Shown piece by piece: positions 49,052-60,744 of a stretch of DNA of 64,000 nucleotides (positions are counted from its first letter, which is position 1; each line of letters opens with the position of its first letter). The DNA lies in contig JBLDXI010000003.1 in NCBI GenBank assembly GCA_047495785.1, positions 2,666,001 through 2,730,000 on the forward strand, given 5' to 3'. The notes under the pieces are model-generated. The model had not been told where the DNA came from and made no database searches. It saw only the letters and a program-made list of their open reading frames with translations. This stretch comes from Lepidodermella squamata (taxonomy: Eukaryota; Animalia; Gastrotricha). Made by a program: the position numbers and the translations under genes.

Positions 49052-51268
49052 ATGTTTGAATTTATTAGATTTTCCGAAGAAATGAAGAGAAGTTTAGAGG
49101 CATCTAATCTCGATAATGTGGTTGATTTAGCTAGCGATGATGATGACGAAATCACGAACTTCAAGAACAGCGCCGATAGTAATGCCGCTGGCGGTATTGT
49201 CACCAAGGTTCGGACACGATGGCTAAAAAATGGCAAGAACGAATGCGCCCTTTTGACCCTGAACCTGCGGGAACTACGCGACGAAGCTAAGCGATTAGGT
49301 TGGGAGGCGAATCTCAACAAATCTGATACCAAGGGTAATTTTTAATAACTCCTTGTGATGATTATTGATTTATTTTTATTTTTAGAGAAATATGCATCTT
49401 TTTTGCATGGGAAATACTCGGCCGTTGATTCCAGCGATGATGCGAATCAAGAGAATTTCTATCAAATCCTTGGCTCGCCAAATAGGCCGAGAATTTTCTG
49501 CAACGAAAATTTCTCGGACATGACGCCGTCGCGAGGTATTCCTAATGCAATTTTTTCACACATCTTTTCACAAATAATTTAATTTTTTAGAGCAATTTCA
49601 CACACCCGGCCGCACGCCGTCACACGAGCCGTCAGCGAAAAAACCTAAAACTTACCCAGCAATTTTAGCTTCAATTGCCGCCTCGACCCTAGCCTCAGTT
49701 ATTACCTCGAAAAGCGGCCCAGCTGCCGGGGTTCGAAGCAACCCTGGTACACCTAGAACGGCCAGGCCTTTACCCCCACCCAAAGAAGTTCAGTGCAAGG
49801 AAGAAAAAGAGGCTCTGGACAAACTTGAGGCATTTTTCGGCGCAAAATCAACTGCTGACTTGAGCTGGCCCGAAAATGACTGGTCAACGTCTATCAACAT
49901 CGATTTTCTACCAATTATCAAAATTGGCGATTCAATTATTCGATTTCCATGTGACGAGAAAATGTTCCAAGGTGCCGAATCCAATTTACAGAAGGATGAA
50001 TTTTCGGCGGAAAATTTCGAAATCGCCAGCCATTCTTGGCTGAAAATGTTCGATAACTGCATGACCAGTTCGATAATCGAAAATATCCGGCAAAAGTTGG
50101 TGCCTGATTGCAAATCAATTTCGGCTAAATTCAGCAAGATCCAAATTTCCAAAGCCGGTTATGGCGCGAAATCGTTAAAACAAAATCCGGATTTGTTGGA
50201 AAACCAGTTTGGTCACCTTGTCGTATTTTTGCCCAGCTTTTATTCAGATGGCGAGCTCTGTGTTCGACATGGCGAGTGTGAACGTTCGTATTCATTTTCC
50301 TACCTAGCTGAAGGTCGGAAGCACGAATTCCTAAGGCGAGTCTTTCTTTAAAACAATTCACTTAATTTGACTTTTTAATTTTGCCATGTGAAAAACTTAT
50401 TTTTTTTTCAATTTTTCGACAATTTTCGAATCATAATTAATTTAATTTAATTTTTTATAATAAGGTAATTTTTGCTATAATCCAGCTTTTGATTTGAATA
50501 TTTAAATTAATCCATGTTTTTTACCTTAATAGGTGTTACGCTGTTGCATTATTTGCTGACTGTCCCAACGATTTCAAGCCAGTTACATCCGGAGTTCGAG
50601 TCGCGTTAATTTACAAGCTCTTTCACGATGGTAGCACGATGCCTTCATTACCTGTCCCGATTAGAAAAGCCGAAGACGAGCTCATCGCTCTCGTCAGCAA
50701 ATTTTTCTCCGTCCCCAGCGTGATCACAAAGAGCAAAAATATCGGCCTTGTTTTGCGCAATGATTACAACATTGCTACGCTGAATCCGGAAATTCTCAGC
50801 GATTATGATAAATCGATTTACCAGGCTCTTGTTCGCGATGGAACTTACGAGATTGAACTTTGCCACATTTTGGTTGACGCGAACGGATCAAGCCAGGCTG
50901 AGTTTTACTCAGCGAAACCCGCCAAGGCTTACTTTGAGAAATGTCTCAAAATCGGGTCGGAAATTCGCTTTAAAATTCACCGTTTGAATTGGCTGGAACC
51001 AAAAATTACGAAAGATTCAGACAACGAATCCGGAGACGATTTTACCGAAGAATGTGAAGGCGATTTGCTGTGTGATTTTACCTGGAACCCAGAATCCGAT
51101 GAAAATTCAGCCGCTACCAAAGGAAGCGTTCATTTCGTCACCAACTGGCGCAAAATCAACGTTGGGAAAATTACGAATGCTGAAATCAATCGATTCGGAA
51201 ATGTTGGCACGGAATTCGAACTTCAATTTCACGCTGCTGCATTTTTATTGAAGCTCAAAAAATGTTGA
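49052..51268 (+). CDS. Protein with SAP/HeH-like N-terminal motif and degenerate 2OG-Fe(II) oxygenase-like domain, 4 exons
   Basis: Exons join in frame. QFGHLVVFLPSFYSDGELCVRHG and ALFADCPNDFKPVTSGVRVALIYKL match the pattern FGTLVxxLPSxHxGGxLxVxH...AFYADxxHEVxPVTSGYRxxLxYNL. Confidence 0.7.
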
Positions 51269-51364
51269 CAATTTTCGAAAAAGCGTGTTTTTGTTGCTTG
51301 TTTTTTTGTAATAATAAAAATAAAAATTCCTCCTTAATTTGTTCTGCAATTTATTTTTTTAGCG

Positions 51365-53101
51365 ATGCCTTTGGGGAAAATGGGAGGAACGCTGATTTTA
51401 TTTTTAGCCTTATCCACAATTTTTATGGTTCGGTGTGAGTTCTTGCATCGTTTCGGTAAAATCGCCCTACCATCGGTACCGACAGGTCGGAAAAAAGTGT
51501 TAGCAGTAAGTGCTGTTTCCGTACCTAGCCGAGTGCATGAAATCAACGTAAGTTCCATCGCGTTCATCTACGAAACCACGCTCGACGAAAAGTTCAACAT
51601 AACCGTCCACATCGAGGGGCGATCTTTGATTTCAACAAGCACTTGGGACAACATTAAGGAAGCATTCACATTCAAAATCTCTTACGAAATTACCGAATCG
51701 ACTGTTACAGTGCGTTACGATAGGTCGCTGTTACATTCATTGGCAATCAGCCAGAATTGCTTTGAATCCTCACTTTACAAATGGAAGACAATGGATTCAG
51801 CGAAAAACACGAGGCATGCCTTGATTTTAGACCTGCCATCTAGGCGTAACCCGGAATTTTTCAGACCATTCCTTTACTTGTACGAGTCAAACGACAAAGT
51901 CGCTAGGCTTCATCGGCCTAATGTCCCTAAATCATTGTGTTCATGTCCTGTTATCGATTCCGCGTCCATTGTCACTCAAATCGATAGTCTCGTTATAGAA
52001 TTCGACAATTGGTACTCTAACGTTTCTGTTTACGTTGATTACTGGCGAGCTTACGAGTTAGTTAACGCCTTAGGATCGGCTGATTTGAACTATTCTAAAA
52101 TAGAGGACCATTACTATCAATCTTCTGGCGGATGTTCGATGAACTGCCAGCCATATGTCATGACTTACAAATCACCATTGGATACTACTAATGCAGTGAC
52201 AACTTACATGTCTTACGAATGCCGAGAGCCGGGGAAGCTTCATTCTTGGTGGTTATGCGCTAATCAAGGTTTCCAACTCGAAGAGAAGAATCGGTACTCA
52301 AGGAGTCGGATTGGAGTTGCAACGTCTTGGCGGCATTACTATTTAGTAAGCTGCTTAGACTATTGGCCCAATGCCAAAGAAGGCGATGAATTTCGATGGT
52401 TGTGGTTTGATGAAAGATTCGGAGCTTACAGGCCATTCCCTGTGGTTTCGTTCAACGAAGTTATCGGCGACTTTGACCTCAAAAATGGGACGCTGGAACT
52501 GCCAGTTGCTACGACGGAATTCGACCAAGTTCCGCCAGAGGCCTATACGACCTATAGATGCGAGTTGTTCCCGGATGGAAATCTCACAAAAATTATCGTG
52601 CAGGACCTTCGCTACGAAGATTTCAGTGATTATGTCCATTCATGCGAATGGTCGGATCCTGAAAACCGTGAAACTATCTATATCACATGTGTTGCCGATA
52701 TTAAGATTCTTAATAGCACCGTCTCTCTGAGGAGATACGTCAAACTCCTTGAGTACATCGATCTTGGTGCGAGAGATTGGGTAGCTCTGATACCTGAATT
52801 GAAAGTGCAACCAGAAGGAGCGAGTGAAGGCCAAATTTGGCTCCTGTTCAGTGTCACGACACAGTCAGTTGACGAGTCGATAACATCTTACCCACCATCC
52901 AGGGCTGTATACCGAGTCGGGTTGTATGTAATTGATGACGATGGCGAAATCCTATTGCTGATCAACGATTTCACAATAACAAGTAGTAAAAAGCAACCTG
53001 TATTAGCTGCTGAATTGTCTAACAACTCATCTTTGAATTACTTCAATTTATGTTTGATTACTACAACTTTGTTTGCGCCACTAATAAAGCTTTATTATTG
53101 A
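51365..53101 (+). CDS. Orphan intronless secreted or GPI-anchored surface protein (578 aa)
   Basis: Long uninterrupted ORF with a hydrophobic signal sequence, multiple Cys and NxS/T sites, and a hydrophobic C-terminus after SNNSS. No domain recognised. Confidence 0.7.
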   Translation: MPLGKMGGTLILFLALSTIFMVRCEFLHRFGKIALPSVPTGRKKVLAVSAVSVPSRVHEINVSSIAFIYETTLDEKFNITVHIEGRSLISTSTWDNIKEAFTFKISYEITESTVTVRYDRSLLHSLAISQNCFESSLYKWKTMDSAKNTRHALILDLPSRRNPEFFRPFLYLYESNDKVARLHRPNVPKSLCSCPVIDSASIVTQIDSLVIEFDNWYSNVSVYVDYWRAYELVNALGSADLNYSKIEDHYYQSSGGCSMNCQPYVMTYKSPLDTTNAVTTYMSYECREPGKLHSWWLCANQGFQLEEKNRYSRSRIGVATSWRHYYLVSCLDYWPNAKEGDEFRWLWFDERFGAYRPFPVVSFNEVIGDFDLKNGTLELPVATTEFDQVPPEAYTTYRCELFPDGNLTKIIVQDLRYEDFSDYVHSCEWSDPENRETIYITCVADIKILNSTVSLRRYVKLLEYIDLGARDWVALIPELKVQPEGASEGQIWLLFSVTTQSVDESITSYPPSRAVYRVGLYVIDDDGEILLLINDFTITSSKKQPVLAAELSNNSSLNYFNLCLITTTLFAPLIKLYY

Positions 53102-53228
53102 CTCCTATTCGGCTTATGCCTAGCGCTCACCAGGCTGACCATAGGCAGGTGAACAAATAAGAATAAGATGCATTAGAGTGATGAGCTTTGCACATGACTG
53201 AAATTTATTCCATTGTTTTGTAATAAAG

Positions 53229-54584
53229 ATGTTTTTTAGATGGCCTCCCTTCAGGATGGTCATCTGGCTAGCTCTAAGCCTCGTGATAGCATCTGTGATC
53301 ATTGCTCTGAAGAGGCATTTAGTTAGAAATGTCAGATCTGTCCATGATTACACCAGTTTTGAAGAGACCTGCGAAAATGAACGATCGACCTATGCATGCA
53401 ATAACCTTTTATTGTCAAAAATCGGCTCAAACCTCCCGCCATTACGTCAGTTCAACAAGGAGAATTTAATAGATCTGAGGAAGGTGTTACTAGTCGTCTA
53501 CTTCAAAGAAGCTCACTACTCATCAGCCGGCAAAATATACGCGCTTTACAGCAAAGTCTTCTCGGATGTTGTGTTCTGCGGACCTAGCGGTTACTTATTC
53601 TGGCCTAGGACGAATGAGGCTCTCAAATCGATCCCTATGTACAGCGTACCTCAATACACTCGTTTTGTTACATACTCTCCGCCTGCGACTTACAAGTGTC
53701 TTGACGCTAGTCTATCAGCTTTTCCTAAGCATGAATACTTTAAAGGAGTTCTGGTGATGGCGGATGATGTCTTGTTAAATTACTGGAATTGGAAGAGTGA
53801 CTTCAACCTCAAGAAACCATGGATTGTTAACGTATCGCCCTACCGTTCAGCTTTCAATGTCGAAAACGCAAGTCTCAATCTTCAAATGATTGATTCAGAT
53901 TTTATTTTGTTTTTATTAGGGTACGTTTTGTATTCAGCCCTATATGTATCCATTCGATGAAAAAACAAAGTGCGCCGAAAATTTTTGGCTAGGTGGATGG
54001 AGTGAATATGAGAAGAATAAGGCTTATTTCAGCTCGTTTTATTCCGACCTGGAACGTCTCGTTTCTTGGAAAAGAGCTTTCAAAAACCTCACTTTAGTCT
54101 CAGGTGGGGAAGGAAGGTTATTTCGAGGACCCAGTGAGATTTACTACATTCCAAGCAAATACTTGGATGGTATCCGGCGATTATTCCGACTGATGGAAAA
54201 GTAAGTGATGTCAGCTTTCGAAATGAACTACAAAAATATAAATTTTTCAGGCATGGTATGATTTCTGAAGTTGCAGTATCCACAGCTATCCATATCGTTG
54301 TTAAATTCGGAGAAATTCAGTACTTTCATGATAATGACGAAAGTTCTCGTGACTCAAAGCTTCCATTCATTGAGGCTTATCAGAAACGCTACCACCACTT
54401 TCATCCGCTTGAGATGGCTAATGTGTTCCCCGATCTGGAGAGACAAATAGACGCAGCCCTTTTCAGTAAATCTCGAAAAGCAACTGTCGCTGACAACACC
54501 GTTACTTGCGTGTATTGCTACCTGCTTCAACTTTCTCAAAGTTATCATGGCGCTTTTAGCGCTAGCCACAACATTAAACATTAG
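53229..54584 (+). CDS. STELLO/DUF288-like type II membrane putative glycosyltransferase, copy A, 3 exons
   Basis: N-terminal TM. LLVVYF...LYSKVFSDVVFCG, YKCL, GVLVMADDVLLNYWN, SEIYYIP, SEVAVST and HHFHPL. Confidence 0.7.
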
Positions 54585-54622
54585 TTTTTGGTGAAAGTTT
54601 CAAGAAATAAAGGCGCGATGTA

Positions 54623-57217
54623 TTAATGCATCTTTTCCGAGAGTTGAAACGATTCAGTTGAAGCTGTTCCAACTGACGAAGCTTTTCCTGAAAGCAGACC
54701 GATCTGCTCGTCGTCTTCATCTGTCAAATCCCACTCTGCCCAATAAGCTCGGATAGGCCGTTCATTTGGCCCGGGTATATCGCCACGAATGACAAATTCG
54801 ATTTCATCGCTTTTCTTGCGCATGGCGTTGCGAACTGCACCGGAAACCTGAACCTTCATCGCTGCAAAAAGGGACTGTTAGATTACATAATGATTTTCAG
54901 ATTTCAGATCTTACGCATGCTGGTTGCATTTATCAGTGACGCAATTAGCAGAAGGTCTCCGGTCAGAGCGATTCGGGGAAATTGAAGGTTTACCAGCCGA
55001 GAATGGCACTGCCCAACATGGATGCCGAATCTCAGCATAGCATCCACATCGTTCGTGCTTTCTTCATTGATTCTTTTAAAGAAGTCTCGAAACTCAAGAG
55101 CAGTGTAAACCTTCGAAATAGTTGTAAATAATGATTCAGTCTAAGATATACTAACAAACCATATCAAGCACAGGGCTTCGCAAAAGATGGTGCTCTCCAA
55201 GGCCCGCGCCAATCATCATCGAGCTTCCTGTAACGTCGATTTTGAAGCAGCTGTGTTTCCTCAGAGCTTCCTCCAGGTGCTCATAAGTCTTTTGTAAAAT
55301 CACGCTCAATTCATCCGCTTGCAGGTCTGCTACCAGATTTCCAATGTTCCAAATGTCAATGGCTATGACACATACCTCTGAAGTTTGAGAAATATATTGG
55401 AAAATCAATCCATTTATCAATTCGAACTATTAACCTGGGCAGTGGATGACTGGTAACCGATCTTCCACTCCAGACATCAGCTTCGGTATGTCGTTGGCCA
55501 TTTCTCTCGTGTCGGGGATGTAATCGTAAATCAGGCTAAATGCTTCTTCAAGCAATTCGAGATTATCCTGCAGAGCGTTGATCGTAGTTCCGAGTCGAAT
55601 CGTGCATATTATGTGCAGAGGGAAAGCAATGAAAGTGATCGCTATCGAAATCGCAAGCATAACAACAGCTGATTGAAAGACATTTTAATAGAGGATTCAG
55701 ATTGAAATTTCCGAAAATTACAGAAGATTTCTAGCTGCGACCATGCACCAGAAAACTTGGTGACTTCAGCTCTGATTTGTTTCCGCATTTGATTCGTGAT
55801 CCAAACCAAGCTAGCATCCAGTGGTATGGCGACATCATCAACCATTTCGCGCGATAGTGAAGCGAAATTCTGAACCTCAACCTTGAAAAATGGGAGAACT
55901 TCGAAATATAATCATTCATATGGGCATTACATAGTTTTTCTGGATCTTGATAGCATTTCCATGGTTGTCCTGATTTTCGGTGACATTGTTTACTTGAATT
56001 GCGGCGTAAGGCGATGAGAAAACGCTTATCTTCAACCATTCTTCGTACTTGATGAAATAGTTGTGCAGATTTTTATACACCGGGTCACTGTAATTAGCGA
56101 CGGTCCTGTCTGAAAAAAGTTCAAGATAAAATAACTCAGATTGAGAAGCCAGCTCGTACTTTCTTCGGCCAATTTTCCGACGATGAAGCTCCAAGTCTTG
56201 AGATTCAATCTCTGTAAGAAAAAAACTCAAGTGATAATATAACTGTTAGCATTTTGGAGCAAACTGAGTTCATGATGCGTGTCATTGAGAATAGATCACC
56301 CCAACCAGGAAAACTATCCGTTTGAATCATGATACGACCAGGCAATGACTGCATGTTATTTATGATGCCATCGTAGAAAGCAATCACTGCGCTTTCTGTG
56401 ATAGAAAATATTTTAGGGCTCTTAAAACTCGCGTGATGTTTTCAATACCTGTAGTCCCATTCGGAGCTTTCCGCGTGTCTCGCTGAGCTCTCAATGCGGC
56501 TCTTAGGTTGGATGGCGAAGAAACATTAGGCCTATTACCTTCACTCAATCCAATCAAGTTAATAGGCCTTGGCCAGACATCGCTGTAAATCAGTTTCTAC
56601 TTCAAAATAATGAATTATTCGGTCGTTAAAACATGTTTGCATACTCACCGTATCTACAGCTTTAATCGCGTCTCTAGATTTTTCTTGAAAGACCTATAGA
56701 GTATTTGATTTTTTGTATGATATTTTGCTACGGAAAGCTAAACATTATACTTCGTATGATCCAGTATTGTAGCGATAGAATATATCTAATTCTCCAGAGA
56801 GCAGAGATAGAACATCAGCCCTGTATTGAGTTTAAAATCAACGCCTTGCACCAGGAAAACGTTAGTCAACTCACAGCTCTATGATGACATGGAAAGCGAA
56901 CTGCGGGGAAAATTTGAATAAAAACCCGGGGGAGAAGAATCAAGCCGACTTACATTAACTTGGGATGTTAGATTCGACCGGATGGTTGTGAAGTCTGCCT
57001 CGGTGTAAACTTGTACTGTAATGCCGGCCAAGCATAATATCGCCAGAAACGAAATCTGAAGGATAGAGAATTCAAACAAATTGTGAAAAATTGCCTGCTC
57101 TGTTACGGAGAAAAAGAACACTGCTCGGCCCGAAGTCGATGTCAAATCTAAAAATGTAGTTGCGATTGGTTGGTGATGGTCGCTTGGTGTGATCTTCGAT
57201 TTCGAAAGAAAATGCAT
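54623..57217 (-). CDS. NIT-like 2-TM receptor with degenerate guanylate-cyclase-like domain, copy 10
   Basis: TSTSGRAVFFF, LAILCLAGITVQVYTEAD (TM1), RAQRDTRKAPNGT, LIYDYIP, AIDIWN, KIDVTGSSM, LRFGIHVG and PRIALTGDLLLIASLINA. Confidence 0.85.
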
Positions 57218-58440
57218 TACTTGGGACAGTGGTTTCAAGTTTTGTCTGAAATGACCTTTATTCAGAACAATTCTGTTTACTGCGTTTGCAATAAGACAGT
57301 CTCACGTCGATTTGATCGTTCTGAATTAAATCTAATTAGAATATTTGTATTCACCAAGTTCGACCTAAGATTTGTTTCATAAATATACTGTTTTGTTGAC
57401 AGCGATCAGGAGTGCTAAAAATAGCCGACCTAATCTTAGAGAAAACAAATTGTTTTGAAGCGTCATAGTGCAACGTCGCATTCGGGCAGAATTTATCCTC
57501 TTACGTTGTCGTATCGATTTATTTTATTTGCTGGAAAAGTAATTGAGGCACAATGTGTATAGTCAGAGCTAGAATGTACTTCTTGTTGACTATTATTATT
57601 TTCCAGGACTCTTATTCAGAAATGGACAGAGAATTCAGCGCCATAGAGCGGTTCGTTCAATTTTTCACAGCCTCACATCTCACGTCTGAGTTAAAAACAT
57701 GAAAAAGAGTTAAAAAATGACTCCGGAGTCAAATTTTGGACCCCATCAGCATTCAGCATTTCAATATAGAAATAAATAAATCGCATTCAAGGTCGATTTC
57801 TTTGAGTTCGTGAATGACCGAATAGTCTTTCGTTGACTTTCGAAGTGACTTTAGTCTTTAGTTGGGGCATTGACGACGCATGACTTTACAGCAAGATGAG
57901 TCCCAATGACGTAAACAGCTGCGTATGCTGCGACGCTTAGATCGCCAATATTAGCTAGAACTCTAAAGAACACGATCTACTTTATCTCTCCGACAACACA
58001 GCAAGGCAATCACTGCTTGACATAGTCAGACATCAGACAACATTTCATTCACAATTGCTTGATGGTTGATGGTTAGTTGGTTTGTACCGCAAACGCATGG
58101 TCAAATAAAGATATCTCTCATGGATTTTCTATGCGGTATCATCAGCGTCTTTTTCATAATACATAACAGAAGATTCATTAATTGATATCGATTAGACGTC
58201 CCAGATAACAGTCTTGATGGGAGGATGATACAATCCAATGCAGTATCATAAGCATATCAAATCGTCTCTGCAGGCTGCTGGTGAAATTCGAGAATTTTCC
58301 AAATACGTTCCGTGGAGCAGCTGAAGTGAGTCAACAGTAATAGGCAATATACCTATGCGGTATGCGGCCAATTAAATGACTAGACAAATGTCCACGTAGT
58401 ATTGCAGCATCTAGATGTGATCTTGTGATTTGGAAAGAGC

Positions 58441-60744
58441 ATGTTGCTAATAATGCGACTTTCAGGTTTTCTCTGTTTGAATTTGATCTTACTCAAAGCT
58501 TCAGCGATTACAATCCTACTACCATTTATGCTTCCTTTAACTGGAGACGATCCACGAAATGGCGAGGCATGTCACGCTGGCGCCCAAGTCGCTGTGTCGT
58601 TGTTCAATCGAAATCCGAACTTGACCACTGCATTCACAATAGAGCCCGTATTTCTCAACGAAGGCGTCGGTGCCTCTCTCGCTCCAAAGCAGCTCGTTGA
58701 ATTTTCACGGCAAGTTTTGACATCTGAAGATCGAATCCTCGCACCAATCGCAGCTGGTCCGTTTTTCGCGAATGGATGCAAAGCAGCTGCTTCACTCGCT
58801 CACCATTTGAACATGGTCTTGCTGGGTATCGGTTGTGGCCCGCCTGGCATGACAGCAAGACGTCAACTTTATCCGAATTTTTACCGCCTGAGATCAGCCG
58901 GAGACGTCTCGATATTCACAATCGTTCAATTCATAACGAAAGTAGGAAACTGGCAAAAACTGGCGATATTAACTTGGGCTGGAAATTTCTACAACTTTGA
59001 GTTATCGCTCGTGCTACAAAAAGAGTCGAAAAAAGCTAACGTATCCGTGCCGTACTACGACGTTGTTGCTGATGTTGATGAACAAGCTGTTCAGCACCTG
59101 AAAGACAGCGATTATCGAATAATTGCATTCGTAGTGGCAGAAAATGCGCTCATCAATAGATTCCTTTGTTTAACCTACAAACTTGGAATGACAGGGTACA
59201 GATATGTCTTCATTCTAACATACAACGGTTATGCCGACCCAGAAAGCCTTCCAGAAACCATGGCAGATAACTGCACGAGAGATATGATAAAAACCCAATA
59301 CTTGTACACGAAATGGGTTGGAGCTCAATTAGAAGTTGATGACGCTTCATTGGTGTCTTCACTCGGGATTAACTTGACGTCATTTGATTCCATGTATCTT
59401 CAAATAACTAACTGGAGAAAGCCGGCGGATCATATCAAGAGAAGTGTATGTTATGATGCAGCTATGAATGCTATGCTGATCTTGAACGAAGCTGACTATC
59501 AACTAGGTCTCATGAACATGAGCTTGAAAGACTACGCCTTGAAACCTGACGTGATAGCCGACGTGGTTAATACTACAACAGCCAAATCCAATTACGTGAC
59601 GCTAAGGGCCGGGCGAATGAGTTATTCTAAGCGGCTGGAACTCGACCATGATCCTCAGGTGATCGTTCAATGGAGCCCGGAATTAGGGACTGTAATCGAA
59701 TACAAAAGCCTACTCTCCGAAAGCGGAAACCCAAATCGTTATGAAGATTACAATTTTTCTGTAATGCGGACTCAAACATGGAGAACTCCACATGGCAAAC
59801 CGCCGAAGGAGATTAGGAGTATTAGAATAATAAGGAAAGATGTGCCGCCAGAAGCTTTCCAATCAGCAGTTGCTCTCACTGTTACATTAAGCTTGATGCA
59901 GATTCTCGGTGCGATCAGAATTTTCTACGCTCGGACCTTGAAAAAGATAGATTGGTCGCTGTTACTCAGCTGTTTGATGCTTAATACTAGCAGTGTTTTG
60001 TTCTCTGCTTCAAAGCCTAATGATACTCTCCGTCTATGCATCGTCCGAATGGTCACGCCAATTATCGGCTTTGCTTCTCTAAATTTCTTTATTTGGGCAA
60101 ATATTATCGTGATCTTGTTCCCACGTACGAAACGGCGAAGAATACCAGCAAATCACAAGTCATTGCATGCCATTGCGAGTTTGATATCTCGATCACAGCA
60201 TACGACTTCAATCATCTGGGCAGCTTATTTCAAGAGGAATGCATTGATGCAGAGGCGCTATTTCAAAGCGCTTTGTTCTGCTCTTGGGACTGAGGCGGTT
60301 TTAACAATATTTTGGCTAGTTTTCGCAACGCCAAGTTATTTAGAAACAAACGAAATCCAACCCTACGACCCTGTAAGAGATGAAGTCGTGATCAATCGAG
60401 TAATCAAGTGCTTTACTGGTTCCGATATTACTTGGATACTTTTCTTCGTCATAGTTAATATGCTGGCATTATGTTCCGTTGTGTGCGTGATTTTTTTGAT
60501 AGGACGTGAATCCAAACGTGATCCTGACTACGCACCTGTTAAATTGCTTACTGTCAACACAGCGTCTCTATATATCGCCTCTATTTTCGTAATTATGGTT
60601 CTTCCCTCGTTTTCGTCACAACTTGCTGCTCTTTCGTTCAGTTCACTATTAATTTCAGCGGTTGCGTCGATAGTTGTCGGCTACTTTCGACTTCGCAAGA
60701 TTCGACCAGTAAGACCACAATCGAAAGGACTCAGGAAACCCTAA
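58441..60744 (+). CDS. Class C GPCR, GABA-B-receptor-like (Venus flytrap domain plus 7TM), intronless, divergent
   Basis: Signal peptide. VFT motifs GEACHAGAQVAV, GPFF, LYPNFYRL, NWQKLAIL, LKDSDYRII, GMTGYRYVFIL and YDAA. Seven hydrophobic segments, with no Cys-rich domain between VFT and TM1. Confidence 0.85.
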   Translation: MLLIMRLSGFLCLNLILLKASAITILLPFMLPLTGDDPRNGEACHAGAQVAVSLFNRNPNLTTAFTIEPVFLNEGVGASLAPKQLVEFSRQVLTSEDRILAPIAAGPFFANGCKAAASLAHHLNMVLLGIGCGPPGMTARRQLYPNFYRLRSAGDVSIFTIVQFITKVGNWQKLAILTWAGNFYNFELSLVLQKESKKANVSVPYYDVVADVDEQAVQHLKDSDYRIIAFVVAENALINRFLCLTYKLGMTGYRYVFILTYNGYADPESLPETMADNCTRDMIKTQYLYTKWVGAQLEVDDASLVSSLGINLTSFDSMYLQITNWRKPADHIKRSVCYDAAMNAMLILNEADYQLGLMNMSLKDYALKPDVIADVVNTTTAKSNYVTLRAGRMSYSKRLELDHDPQVIVQWSPELGTVIEYKSLLSESGNPNRYEDYNFSVMRTQTWRTPHGKPPKEIRSIRIIRKDVPPEAFQSAVALTVTLSLMQILGAIRIFYARTLKKIDWSLLLSCLMLNTSSVLFSASKPNDTLRLCIVRMVTPIIGFASLNFFIWANIIVILFPRTKRRRIPANHKSLHAIASLISRSQHTTSIIWAAYFKRNALMQRRYFKALCSALGTEAVLTIFWLVFATPSYLETNEIQPYDPVRDEVVINRVIKCFTGSDITWILFFVIVNMLALCSVVCVIFLIGRESKRDPDYAPVKLLTVNTASLYIASIFVIMVLPSFSSQLAALSFSSLLISAVASIVVGYFRLRKIRPVRPQSKGLRKP

